IMG/VR virus record: IMGVR_UViG_3300029955_000003
Strand: one strand, 5' to 3'
DNA from: an uncultured virus (IMG/VR IMGVR_UViG_3300029955_000003)
Lineage: Duplodnaviria > Heunggongvirae > Uroviricota > Caudoviricetes
Length of the DNA stretch: 64,000 nt
The notes under the pieces were generated by a model. The model ran no database searches. It saw only the letters and a list, made by a program, of their open reading frames with translations, and had not been told where the DNA came from. This document shows positions 39,101 to 47,303 of this stretch, in pieces. The position numbers and the translations under genes are program-made. Each line of letters starts with the position of its first letter. The first letter of the stretch is position 1.

Positions 39101-41404
39101 AACTATAGAAGTAGTCGGTATAAAATTACCATAATAATTCCTCAATGCAAAATTGGATAATGCAAACCTTGAACTGAATGTCAAACTTTCTGTTTTAAAA
39201 TAATCCGGTACCTGACTAAAAAATCTATTTTCTAATTCAATGATGAGCGCATCTCTACCATCATTATAAGCAATATATAGTGATCCGTCATGACCTCTTA
39301 TTTTAGTAATACCATCATAATCGACAAATATTTCTGGCTTATAAGTGGCAGAAGTACCAACCACCGCAGCACTGGTTGGTACCATAATAGGACGGGGAGC
39401 AGAGCCAATAATGGCGACTCCCCCAATACCTACATTCTTTTCGATATATGTTCCCATACCTGAATAATAATATGGAAATTGATCACTCTTCGCAAAAAAT
39501 AATTCAGTGCATATATCATCAACCGCATCCACGGGGGAAACAATCAGTTTACCAGTCACATCAAAAAATACACCATCTTCAAATCTACTAGCTAATTTAG
39601 TAAGAAATCTAAAGATAGCTCTGTTATACTCTCTAGAATAATATCTAATAGTATCTGGTAAGTTAGTATCATTCGATGTTAATAAAGCCATAGTACGTAA
39701 TAACGAGTTCTCACAGTCAATTATTACGGCACCAAGATCAACATTTTTTTCTGTCCATCTATAACTGTTGATACCATATTCGTTACCAGACACATTCGCT
39801 TGTGCCGCGATTACAGATGCCATATGTGATAATGTTTGTGATCTAGATGTTTCTAATGGATTAATATGGTTCGCGTTAGATTTGATATTAGCTGGTACAT
39901 CAAAAACACCATTAGCGTCAACATTTTGATGTGTTAATACTGTTGACTTTCTCCAAATAGAATGATAAATACCAGTTATCACGTCTTTGAAATATCTATA
40001 TCCAGTGATATTAACTGTGTTTGATGTAATATTCATACTTTCGATGTTAATATCAAAATTATACTCCCCATTAGTATTGTAAGATAATGGAAACCCTAGC
40101 ACTGTATCAGCGGTACCAGAACCTAGAGCATAATAATATATTGGTGAGTATTGAGGACCTAAATTTGAATCTAATACTTCAAACCCTTTAATAGTATTAT
40201 CAGTCACATCTACTGTATACAGTTTAAAATTTGGAGCAGTGTTTCTGCTATAATTGGCATATAATATTGAACCGGACTCAATACCAGCCCAGTATTCTAA
40301 TATGATACGGATTGCTTGTTCATTAGAGCCAAGCGCTGCCTTGTCGGCGGCACCCATATCATTATAATGTACCCACCAATTATCTTGTCCCCAATAATCA
40401 TTGGCGATTGATGTGTTATTATCAGCCGTAATTGGACTAATCATTCTTATATCATAAAACCATAAATTGGGATCGGCTACCCCACTTAAATTAGTAATCG
40501 TTGAAAATGTCAGCGCTTGCCAACTATTACCAGAGAAGATACGAAAAATTCTTTGTGGTGCGTTTGTAATATCTTCCCATATCATCCCTGATACTGGATT
40601 TTCAGGTAACGTATCGGAAATAATAGGATGAAATACTAACCATCTACCATTTTCTGTTGAGTAACGTAACAATGAAAATCTGTTATTGTATTTTCCGGTT
40701 TGAGGAATATAAACAACATCACCCTCATTAAAATCTGCAACGGTAGTGCCTACAGCTAATATCTTGTAATTAACCAGTATCCAGTCAAAACCATTATACC
40801 GATAAATCATTCTATTAACTGAAGATGCATCCTCAATTAATTCCCCAATATTACCAGTAGAAGGAAATCCATTTACTATCCGAACTGGGGTGTTAATAAA
40901 CTCACCATTAGTCACGACATTGACAAACAGTTGTGATCCGTACATTTCTTTAACTACGTAGTTACCATTAGCTATAGCATCACCATCACCCAACCAATAA
41001 TATTTGGCATAATTTACATTCTTATCATAATCGATGGGGGGCGACCATGAATAAAATGGGGTTGAAAATAATCTATTCTCATCATTGGTTAATGCTCCAT
41101 TAATTGATAAAAATCTAACTAAATCATCATAAAAAACCCCATCAATAATATTATCTGAATTATCAGACACAACAGCGGCTACTGACAATTGATATTTTTG
41201 GCGGCTTGCGCTATTTTCTATTATTTTGGGGGTACGTAAAGCATCAATAGTAGTTAATAATGACGTATCGCCAATATATCCGTTTATAAAACCGGCTTCT
41301 TCCGGTTCAAACATGATATCACCGGCAGAAGCGATAATTTTGTCGGCGCGGGGCGTCTGTAATTCGGGGGGTATAAAGTTCCATACTCTACGTTCTTGAG
41401 TCAT
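33104..41404 (-). CDS. Very large baseplate/structural protein (2766 aa)
   Basis: Follows the baseplate wedge gene; 'YSWSPPIDYDK.VNY.KYYW' and 'VKPFHTKLR' motifs typical of jumbo-phage baseplate proteins. Confidence 0.7.
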   Translation of the reverse strand: MTQERRVWNFIPPELQTPRADKIIASAGDIMFEPEEAGFINGYIGDTSLLTTIDALRTPKIIENSASRQKYQLSVAAVVSDNSDNIIDGVFYDDLVRFLSINGALTNDENRLFSTPFYSWSPPIDYDKNVNYAKYYWLGDGDAIANGNYVVKEMYGSQLFVNVVTNGEFINTPVRIVNGFPSTGNIGELIEDASSVNRMIYRYNGFDWILVNYKILAVGTTVADFNEGDVVYIPQTGKYNNRFSLLRYSTENGRWLVFHPIISDTLPENPVSGMIWEDITNAPQRIFRIFSGNSWQALTFSTITNLSGVADPNLWFYDIRMISPITADNNTSIANDYWGQDNWWVHYNDMGAADKAALGSNEQAIRIILEYWAGIESGSILYANYSRNTAPNFKLYTVDVTDNTIKGFEVLDSNLGPQYSPIYYYALGSGTADTVLGFPLSYNTNGEYNFDINIESMNITSNTVNITGYRYFKDVITGIYHSIWRKSTVLTHQNVDANGVFDVPANIKSNANHINPLETSRSQTLSHMASVIAAQANVSGNEYGINSYRWTEKNVDLGAVIIDCENSLLRTMALLTSNDTNLPDTIRYYSREYNRAIFRFLTKLASRFEDGVFFDVTGKLIVSPVDAVDDICTELFFAKSDQFPYYYSGMGTYIEKNVGIGGVAIIGSAPRPIMVPTSAAVVGTSATYKPEIFVDYDGITKIRGHDGSLYIAYNDGRDALIIELENRFFSQVPDYFKTESLTFSSRFALSNFALRNYYGNFIPTTSIVAVDKIVDNYLTLTGMQAGTRVFSNNGCVYADWSGNSWYSTAASVDDVFLNKSDNSYYIFNGFITNKINYWNFNNTFDYSYNEYLSIIRRDFERWSISQNLNFVENNNFDQNNRFTWNYRTSGLEGYYAGIYSRIFRTPRINSHPWEVFGYTIQPGWWTVTYPPTTVKSDGTPRYSNTHPMWDDLRNGVYNRPQNLTNIALGITAPFPIDINGELVDPITAGIVSIESLDMERISENWVFGDGSPTEQSFISSVAYPFSVSLAGYLMKPGVWLDVNWAHLYIDVGQNQVWNGPYVVYNETLTRVPIADIPISLGLDSNGSVITTPGVQMWLAEYVKRTGQNTNTVIGNIVNNSLVQLGWRASGFLNNNRTVVQKLSGTRIPFEDMNTIIHTTPPIEAYFSSGMVIVRDGTGYRVYGYDLFNPFFTIDEPNVPLVGGLTEVRQEFTATVNQNVFTMTQLSLPLPNLFGETASLAVILNGVNLQPIYYTVNSSTTLTLNPNMKINAGDVLVVVVLTTMSNPSTRLKTFKVKGVTFTYASEGTGNYVNYEYGHYFDTAPQVINFMIGYGRYLQKQGWVFEDMNAGSPLDWINGAKQFATWVLSSDIALVQGDIPTTEFFFSPIAKKAKFSASFGTVTNIQSFQNGAYGILNSNALPVNSNKIDIKRINDTITINSTPDNEDIYGIRLYVVETQHAVFFSNITKFGDLIYDPLLSLEVSALKVNAYRTKNWTGKFEANGFVIQQNSLIPNFEKQVTDINRYYDRIDTVDDPVKRDSARALVGWVPNDVYMDPIGAEDRSRFDYFVGMIKAKGTTRPILAFAKGTPMGTSNVEISENWLWKIGDFGDTRKAISEFVVKPTEIMDDVQVIRFIDTASSDNRILTINSFNRNSPSTTRWVYPPTTSTDGLSNVEFPTNKNCVPQTKGVNYNIKIIDRSADEIIAELFHYDPQIGKFDPETLTQIDYWGPSDPARYTDGYGATYSPNDNWGETQIGKIWWDVTNLGFADYTTLLPDYRSVAKEWGRLKYFKVVASLNGDVLTLQTLDAYTGLPAAHGFVYDGFTVTISDMNPVSLNGIYAVTVVDTTTLQTVTNAGVSLVANTGTMTVGSVDVYQWVRSSLTPAQYIAQGVQQGTLTALPYGLENASYVTSVVNGQAGNSTVYYYYWVKSLGALSTNKEFTAQNIAARLQDPTGAGLSWFAPINENSLLLHLGGLKFENGYSIQVTVDSRKWDSHDEWLVSSETSSSITPPIQILNKIVDSILGSDVSGNPVPCAKLGRFERYGMSTFPAQSLFSNVNSARNIFLNTINSILTTYYINDNILLKEIVARLPDNYWTYSNYINPLYTNPVLVDTVISIGELNRRTSLKYFINGDIVKVVQSGITSPWTNTQTPIWFILENKIWTPIVYEKCAVQLQPVLLNDPVKTRELILTIFGYFSILQRNELISNCLYEMLYQNPKCDWVEKSSYVDMRIATEISTAPYVQPDYIQAVVDNFSDVKPFHTKLRNLNVIESVLDNAEVIITEEPIIKINELVNRLNCDVAEEGGADGFPADVRPSDYTHPYFNNFGIDEYYYDQTIVCDATAIYTVVTKYPPFLYKSKIDLYYKGVLTQLDAFGLSMSKKAFDNALVITFSSALSSDFSFVLSIGRSFYPDLPADFEHDPDNVFINYYGKDLEHRTYTYMQNGFGYPCQDGPSEERVESAITDNAFISLKTNYTNAFAGADGMPADLYGADVGLTDNGVKDYFMSTTPNTVYPAGTYAYPTSTVILSIDGIVFEDFVDFTLVEVIYQGQQLVLGVDYNIEFSSPYNRVVLTNGVNPLESLTFVYNGWNVGDIGGWVYVSSPSMINYNEGCLTLTTPTIPLNQFIILDYKNSRPGNQQLISFTNVMIVNDELTSATINNITYTNLPVNTYNILLTDTGSIVMWNGTVWDETQGLSDWTSVYVINSGNFYISSGGQVIQSDLTSVGQAVEYNNFGRGIVSATYAYGQNPQGSIDTPSACQIYNGTSVF

Positions 41405-41464
41405 ATGTTATCCATCAGGTCATAATATTTATGCCTGATGGATAACATAATCCGCAAGTTTATT

Positions 41465-44400
41465 TCATAATAAAGAAACGATTTTTAAGTCTTCGTCTGT
41501 AAATGTTGAAATAAGTTGTATTGTATCGACAGTAGCCGTGCTTACAAATAACTCGTCCGGTTCTGCCCTAATCTGGAAGGCATTACCAAAGGAGTAATTT
41601 GATAGATATGGAACAGGAACAATCGCCTGAATATTTGGAGCCAATTTCTGATGTACATACGCAGCTAACTCAGTAAAATAGAATGTTTCTCCAAAATCCC
41701 AATTACTAACATCAAAATAAGAATCAATCAAGTTTAATATATTTAATTTCAAATCATTCTCAGACATAGATGACCCCGGAGACTGAATAACTTTAAACAA
41801 CACCTGATTTTGCGGTAGGGCATTTGTTCCAAAAAGTTTTTTAAATCTAGCAGGATAAAATACAAGACTATCAGACATCATCTTAAAATTACCATAATTT
41901 TGATATTCTAACTTTAACTGCGCGCTTGTTTCAGCCACAGGCTCTATTCCAGCCTGATTTGACTGGAGCCATGCATTATAAACATTCAAGAAATTTTGTG
42001 TTAATATATACGCATTCATTATATTGGTTGGGCATGGATCGATTATAGTTTCATCAATAGCAACGTGTGTCCAGACAAATTTGAGATGGTCCCTACCTAT
42101 TCTAAATTTATATATTGTTTGGTCAGGTGCGAGAATCCACGCCTGAGAAATACCATCAGCTATAAGCCACTGCTTAGAAGAGGTATTGAAATTAATATCA
42201 CCAATATTCGTAACATTCGGATCAAATAATGAACCAACTGTAGGATATACATCATTCATTGGATCAGCGAAGCCAGACACAGGCAAAACAGAGGTCGTTG
42301 CCCCATAGGTGCCTTTTATTGGAGTCAGCCTATCAATAGGCTGCCACAAGTCAAAACCATATTGTTGTGTTTTAGTCCACAACACTAAATCCGTTACCCC
42401 ATCCTGTATAACCAAATCTCTAAATGTGTTTGGTTTATCATATATTCCATCCATATTCAAATCTGACGGTTTTACTATTAACCCGTTGGTATTGGTATAC
42501 CCATCCTCATACCTTATCATATCCACAGGTGTTAATGAATATGGAGAATCCAAATATGAAATATAACAAGAAACAGTAGAATTATCTCCTATATTACCAG
42601 AACTAAATGATTTTAGATTTAATGGAGATTTATAAGCTTGTCCAGCTACTGCCAATATTATATAAACATTTAAATTCATATTAGTTAACGGGGTGTTTCT
42701 AAACACCAACTTATTACCTATAAGAGTCCAGTCATAATTAGTATAATATTGCCCGACTTGCGTCACCCCGTCTAACGATACTATAATTTGTTCTGGTACT
42801 AAATTCGAGTAATTCAACGTAAACGAGTTGGTAGCTCCATCTGTAACAAAACTTTGTAATGCCACTCGTGCAGTTCTATAGCTTCTAGGAACAATAATTC
42901 TGAAGTGTACACCTATAGCCGGAGCAGTACCAAAAGTAATCACTAAATTAGTTTCACTCATTGATAATGTATAATCAGAAGTGGTCTGTATTACACCATC
43001 TAACGATATTAATGGAATCGGTAATAACACAGTTTCAGTAGCCACAGTAAATACCTGTGTTACTCCATCTCCAATAAAATTATTTCTAATAAATGACGGA
43101 CTAATAGTACCAGAAAAATAATTAATTACACAAACAGTATTAAGTGGTATATTTTCTTTAAACGCAATAAGACTGGTTGTCACTGTATCATCATACACAT
43201 AATAATCATCCAACATATTCTGATATATACCATCCCAGAACGAGAAAGTATTGGCACTAGACACCCCACTTGCACCGAAGGTATAGATAGCAGTGTTATC
43301 GTCGCCAACTAATCTGGTTGCCTGAGGGGTTGCTAGCGCCATATCGCTACTCAACCATACCTCATAAGAACAATTAGCTGGGAGCGCGATAATAAACTGT
43401 ATCTGATTACCAGTATTCAATGGATTTATAACATATTCTACGTTTGGGACCATCAATTGATCATCAATATATACTAAAACTTTAGTAACATCTAAATCTA
43501 TATAATTGGTTGGAATGACCGTGGTTCCCGTACTAAGAACCCCATTTAAAATAATGGGAGGACATCCACCAACCGTTTGAGGAACAATACCACGACGGCG
43601 CGCAGAATCTCTTGATTCATTAATTTCTAAAATCGTTACCTGATCTTGAACAGCGCTACTTATAGATGTATTATTTACCAAAGCATCATTCACGAAAATA
43701 AATTCTACTTCTTGAGCAGATTCAAAAAATAAACTAATCCCTCGATCTGTGATCGACCATTGGGGATTTCCGTTGTTTGATGAATATTCACACATAATCA
43801 ACCACGAGCAATCTGCATTAGTATTTGTAGTGTCCCCCTGATACTGTAGGGAAAATTCACCAGAAATATTAATATTTTTATTATTAATAATATTCCAAGA
43901 CAATGTAGTTTGATTCCAACTCAATCCAAACGTCAGTAATTGGGAAAGTGCATTAGTAATAGTTGATATTTCATTAACTAAAAATGTCGTTCTTAGTGGG
44001 GGAACAATGGAGTACAATGGGGCTGCTGCTGGTATCACATCTTGTTTTAACCATATACCATTCAATGCACTACCATTATTAACCACTCTATCTACCGTAG
44101 CGGTGTCTCCCAAGCGATCACTAAATCTAATAATACTATCCGCCATTACATAAAATAGTGGGGATGTATTAGCTAACGTGGACCCAACTGCTTGTGTATT
44201 GTTATATAATAATACTCTACCTCTAGAAGTACCAGAAACAACCGAATCATTATTCCATGTGTAGTTATAACTATCCATCATAATTTCTGGATACTCGGTA
44301 ACATATAAAAAGTTTTTATCCTCCTTAACCAACAATGGAGAAATATAATTACTAATCAAGTATGATAGTGGCATCGTGGAAGGGTTTCCATCAACCAACG

Positions 44401-45898
44401 CTACCGAGGTAGTAACATCTTGATATAGTCTACCATCTTCCGCATATTGTTTAACGTTCTCATATAATGACGTTGGGTCGTGTAGTTTAGCATAACGTGA
44501 AGCACCGGAGAAAGTACGATTTATCGTCTTAACCTTGCGAATAGAATTATCATTTAAAAAATAATTTGTATAATCCTGCCCAGTAACCATTCTGTTTTGG
44601 GTATAAAAGAATTTACCGGCTCTGGTTTTAATATCCATATTAGTTTCACTGAATGAACCATTATTAATATTATTAGTAAGAGACAGATTCATTGACAGAT
44701 AATAAATTTGATTGCCATATGCATATGGAATAGTCACTGAAACATTCTGTATATCCGTTGGCATAGCAACCAATGGTACCGGGTTTACCGTCCGGTACCA
44801 AATTATAAAATTTCCTTGTGGAATTTGCCCAAATGAACCATCGCCAAATCGGATTCTAACTTGATCATTTATCAATGTATCAACTTCGAATATTTGTTGT
44901 GGGTTATTTGTGGATGTTATGGGGGTGTCTAACGTGTTGAATGCAACTCCTTCACCAAATACCGTGTCTACCTCATTCCATTGAGATATAACGTTGCCAC
45001 TTGCATCCACCTGCTGAATCCAAATATCACTATTATCGATATTTGATACATTAATATCCACCACCTGTAAACTTACAGGGTCTGGGAAATTAACTGTTTG
45101 AAACGCCATAGTTCCTTGTTTTAATGGGAAAAAGAAACCAGTACCAGATGATCCATACCCCAAACCATCTGACTTATAAAACACATTTAATGCATTCTGT
45201 ACATTTGGTGCAACTTCTGTGACTGTGCCGTCAACAGCACTTAATGTACCGTTATACACTTCCATATTAAGGGTAACCCCATTAATGGAAGATTCAAACG
45301 GATACACACCAGTTGCCGGGGCGTATGAATTGAACACATATTGTTCTGTTCTTTCGCTATCTATTGTTGTTCCGACAAACGGGTTCCCAAACTGTGTTCT
45401 ATTAATAAATGCCAGATTTAAGATAGTTATGAATTGATCATACCAATCTTCATTTTGTTGATCATTCCAATTGATAATCCTATTCTGTAAATTTGTTCCG
45501 TTCACATCTGTATAAGGTTGTGTTGTTGAAATGCTATTAAGTTGGATAAACCCATCAAGCCCCTGTACCCGGTTTGCTTTATAAGCAATTAGGGACGCAA
45601 GACGTAAAATACTATTACGTCTTTCAGCGGTGGGTAAAAAATTCTCTCTTGTGTTAAGATCAATTCTAAATGCAAGGTTTTGGCTCAACCATGCTAAAGT
45701 TTCAACGTGCATAATAAATTCAGATGATGCGATCCAATCATTAAAATCATCTGGATAATTAATTTTACAATAGTCTACTATACTTTGTACTAAAGTTTCA
45801 AAACTATAGGCTCTAAAATCGACGTAATTCAACGCCTCATATATTGCCGACCAATCTTCTGCTACAAATAATGCGTTCTGACGTGAAATTGTGCTCAT
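41465..45898 (-). CDS. Baseplate wedge protein (T4 gp6-like)
   Basis: 'ENFLPTAERRNSILRLA', 'IRFGDGSFG.IP', 'TQNRMVTGQDY'; adjacent to gp25. Confidence 0.85.
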   Translation of the reverse strand: MSTISRQNALFVAEDWSAIYEALNYVDFRAYSFETLVQSIVDYCKINYPDDFNDWIASSEFIMHVETLAWLSQNLAFRIDLNTRENFLPTAERRNSILRLASLIAYKANRVQGLDGFIQLNSISTTQPYTDVNGTNLQNRIINWNDQQNEDWYDQFITILNLAFINRTQFGNPFVGTTIDSERTEQYVFNSYAPATGVYPFESSINGVTLNMEVYNGTLSAVDGTVTEVAPNVQNALNVFYKSDGLGYGSSGTGFFFPLKQGTMAFQTVNFPDPVSLQVVDINVSNIDNSDIWIQQVDASGNVISQWNEVDTVFGEGVAFNTLDTPITSTNNPQQIFEVDTLINDQVRIRFGDGSFGQIPQGNFIIWYRTVNPVPLVAMPTDIQNVSVTIPYAYGNQIYYLSMNLSLTNNINNGSFSETNMDIKTRAGKFFYTQNRMVTGQDYTNYFLNDNSIRKVKTINRTFSGASRYAKLHDPTSLYENVKQYAEDGRLYQDVTTSVALVDGNPSTMPLSYLISNYISPLLVKEDKNFLYVTEYPEIMMDSYNYTWNNDSVVSGTSRGRVLLYNNTQAVGSTLANTSPLFYVMADSIIRFSDRLGDTATVDRVVNNGSALNGIWLKQDVIPAAAPLYSIVPPLRTTFLVNEISTITNALSQLLTFGLSWNQTTLSWNIINNKNINISGEFSLQYQGDTTNTNADCSWLIMCEYSSNNGNPQWSITDRGISLFFESAQEVEFIFVNDALVNNTSISSAVQDQVTILEINESRDSARRRGIVPQTVGGCPPIILNGVLSTGTTVIPTNYIDLDVTKVLVYIDDQLMVPNVEYVINPLNTGNQIQFIIALPANCSYEVWLSSDMALATPQATRLVGDDNTAIYTFGASGVSSANTFSFWDGIYQNMLDDYYVYDDTVTTSLIAFKENIPLNTVCVINYFSGTISPSFIRNNFIGDGVTQVFTVATETVLLPIPLISLDGVIQTTSDYTLSMSETNLVITFGTAPAIGVHFRIIVPRSYRTARVALQSFVTDGATNSFTLNYSNLVPEQIIVSLDGVTQVGQYYTNYDWTLIGNKLVFRNTPLTNMNLNVYIILAVAGQAYKSPLNLKSFSSGNIGDNSTVSCYISYLDSPYSLTPVDMIRYEDGYTNTNGLIVKPSDLNMDGIYDKPNTFRDLVIQDGVTDLVLWTKTQQYGFDLWQPIDRLTPIKGTYGATTSVLPVSGFADPMNDVYPTVGSLFDPNVTNIGDINFNTSSKQWLIADGISQAWILAPDQTIYKFRIGRDHLKFVWTHVAIDETIIDPCPTNIMNAYILTQNFLNVYNAWLQSNQAGIEPVAETSAQLKLEYQNYGNFKMMSDSLVFYPARFKKLFGTNALPQNQVLFKVIQSPGSSMSENDLKLNILNLIDSYFDVSNWDFGETFYFTELAAYVHQKLAPNIQAIVPVPYLSNYSFGNAFQIRAEPDELFVSTATVDTIQLISTFTDEDLKIVSLL

Positions 45899-45939
45899 AA
45901 ACTATGTAATTCCTACCACGGTTATCAAACTATTTATTA

Positions 45940-46299
45940 CTATGAAAATGTAATTGTCATGGTATCTATTATTTGTAATTCTAAATACAAACATGTGACC
46001 TCAACTGTGATTGAATGTGCGTCCACATCCACCACATGGGTAAAGGATTGTAATTCTACCCGTGGGTCTTCTGCAATAATACGGTTGACATCATTAAAAA
46101 TTGCCGCCTCGGTACCGGCGTCTGATAAATCAAACAATAAATCCCATATAATGCATCCCCACCCCGGTCTTCCGACTCTATCGTTGCGTCTGGTATTAAA
46201 ATGGTTTAATAAATCTCGTTTCACCAGTGCTATATCATATAGGCTGGTATTTTTCTTATTTCCTACTGTCGAATAACCGCGATATAAAGGATTGCTCAT
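45940..46299 (-). CDS. Baseplate wedge subunit gp25-like
   Basis: 'LVKRDLLNHFNTR...RVGRPGWGCIIWDLLFD...EDPRVEL'. Start moved to MSNPLY. Confidence 0.85.
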   Translation of the reverse strand: MSNPLYRGYSTVGNKKNTSLYDIALVKRDLLNHFNTRRNDRVGRPGWGCIIWDLLFDLSDAGTEAAIFNDVNRIIAEDPRVELQSFTHVVDVDAHSITVEVTCLYLELQIIDTMTITFS

Positions 46300-46338
46300 T
46301 CTAATATTTATTAATATTTTTTTATTAAAAACATTAAC

Positions 46339-46367
46339 TTGACTTCTACATTTCATCATAGTATGAC
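46339..46367 (+). promoter_or_regulatory. sigma70-type promoter of the sigma factor gene
   Basis: TTGACT-N17-TATGAC upstream of an AAGGA SD. Confidence 0.6.
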
Positions 46368-46386
46368 TAACGAAAGGACAAAATAA

Positions 46387-47274
46387 ATGAATCCTCGCAA
46401 AAACTTGAGATTTTATACAAAAGAAGAAGAAGAAGAAATTTTTATAAAAGTGGGTGAGTTGCTAAAAACGGACGTTAAAAAAGCCGAATTGGTGATTATG
46501 GAAATTTTTTATAAGTTCGAACCGCTTATCAAGAAAATTGTCAGAAAAAACGCTGGTTATGGAATCGATCAAGAGATTTTAATGTCGGAGGCTACCGTTG
46601 CGTTTCTTGAAGCTGTAAAAAGATTTGACTTATCACAGGGATTCAGATTTTCCACTTACCTACAGTCATATGTGAGAGGAATGCTTTTTACCTTGATTAT
46701 GAAAGAAGTGTTCCCCGTAACGGTATCAGCTAATAGCCTTAATAAAAAAATGTTCTTTTCCCTGAAACGCCAACTGGCTGAAATCTTACAGGAAACCGGA
46801 AGCACCATCGTCACCAATGAAGTGTTAAATTTGATAGCTGAAAAAAATGGAACTACTCCTGATCGGGTAAAAGACTTATTGTTTATTATGGAAAATAACA
46901 CAGTTCCTCTTGATAAACCGGCATGGGCGAATGGGTCGTCCGATGATCAATCACGTGGTACTATCGGTGATACTATCGGTGATGGTGTTGATGTTTTTCA
47001 GAATTTACTAAATGCCAGCAAAGATAGAGTGACCATAGAAATTCTCTCGGAAGCATTGACTGTATTAGATGACCGAGAAAATTTCATCATTAAGAAACAA
47101 ATTTATTGTGAAGATGACGAGGAAGAAACTCTGATCAATATAGCAAAAAATTACAATATTTCTAAAGAACGAGTGCGCCAGATACGAGAAAAAAGTTTAA
47201 GCAAACTGGCTGGCGCTATTAAACGAATTATGCATAAAAAGGGCATACGGTATGATGAATTGATGGGAATGTAG
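46387..47274 (+). CDS. RNA polymerase sigma factor, RpoH/sigma32-like
   Basis: Region 2 'AVKRFDLSQGFRFSTY', RpoH-box-like 'KKMFFSLKR', region 4 'TLINIAKNYNISKERVRQI'. Confidence 0.85.
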   Translation: MNPRKNLRFYTKEEEEEIFIKVGELLKTDVKKAELVIMEIFYKFEPLIKKIVRKNAGYGIDQEILMSEATVAFLEAVKRFDLSQGFRFSTYLQSYVRGMLFTLIMKEVFPVTVSANSLNKKMFFSLKRQLAEILQETGSTIVTNEVLNLIAEKNGTTPDRVKDLLFIMENNTVPLDKPAWANGSSDDQSRGTIGDTIGDGVDVFQNLLNASKDRVTIEILSEALTVLDDRENFIIKKQIYCEDDEEETLINIAKNYNISKERVRQIREKSLSKLAGAIKRIMHKKGIRYDELMGM

Positions 47275-47275
47275 G

Positions 47276-47303
47276 AAAGGGGGGCGAAAGCCCCCCTTTT
47301 TTT
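47276..47303. terminator. Bidirectional terminator
   Basis: aaaggggggc-gaaa-gccccccttt between convergent genes. Confidence 0.85.

Noticed and set aside
33104..45898. Stop-codon recoding (alternative genetic code)
   Set aside because: Very long ORFs are intact under the standard code, and no suppressor anticodon is among the seven tRNAs.
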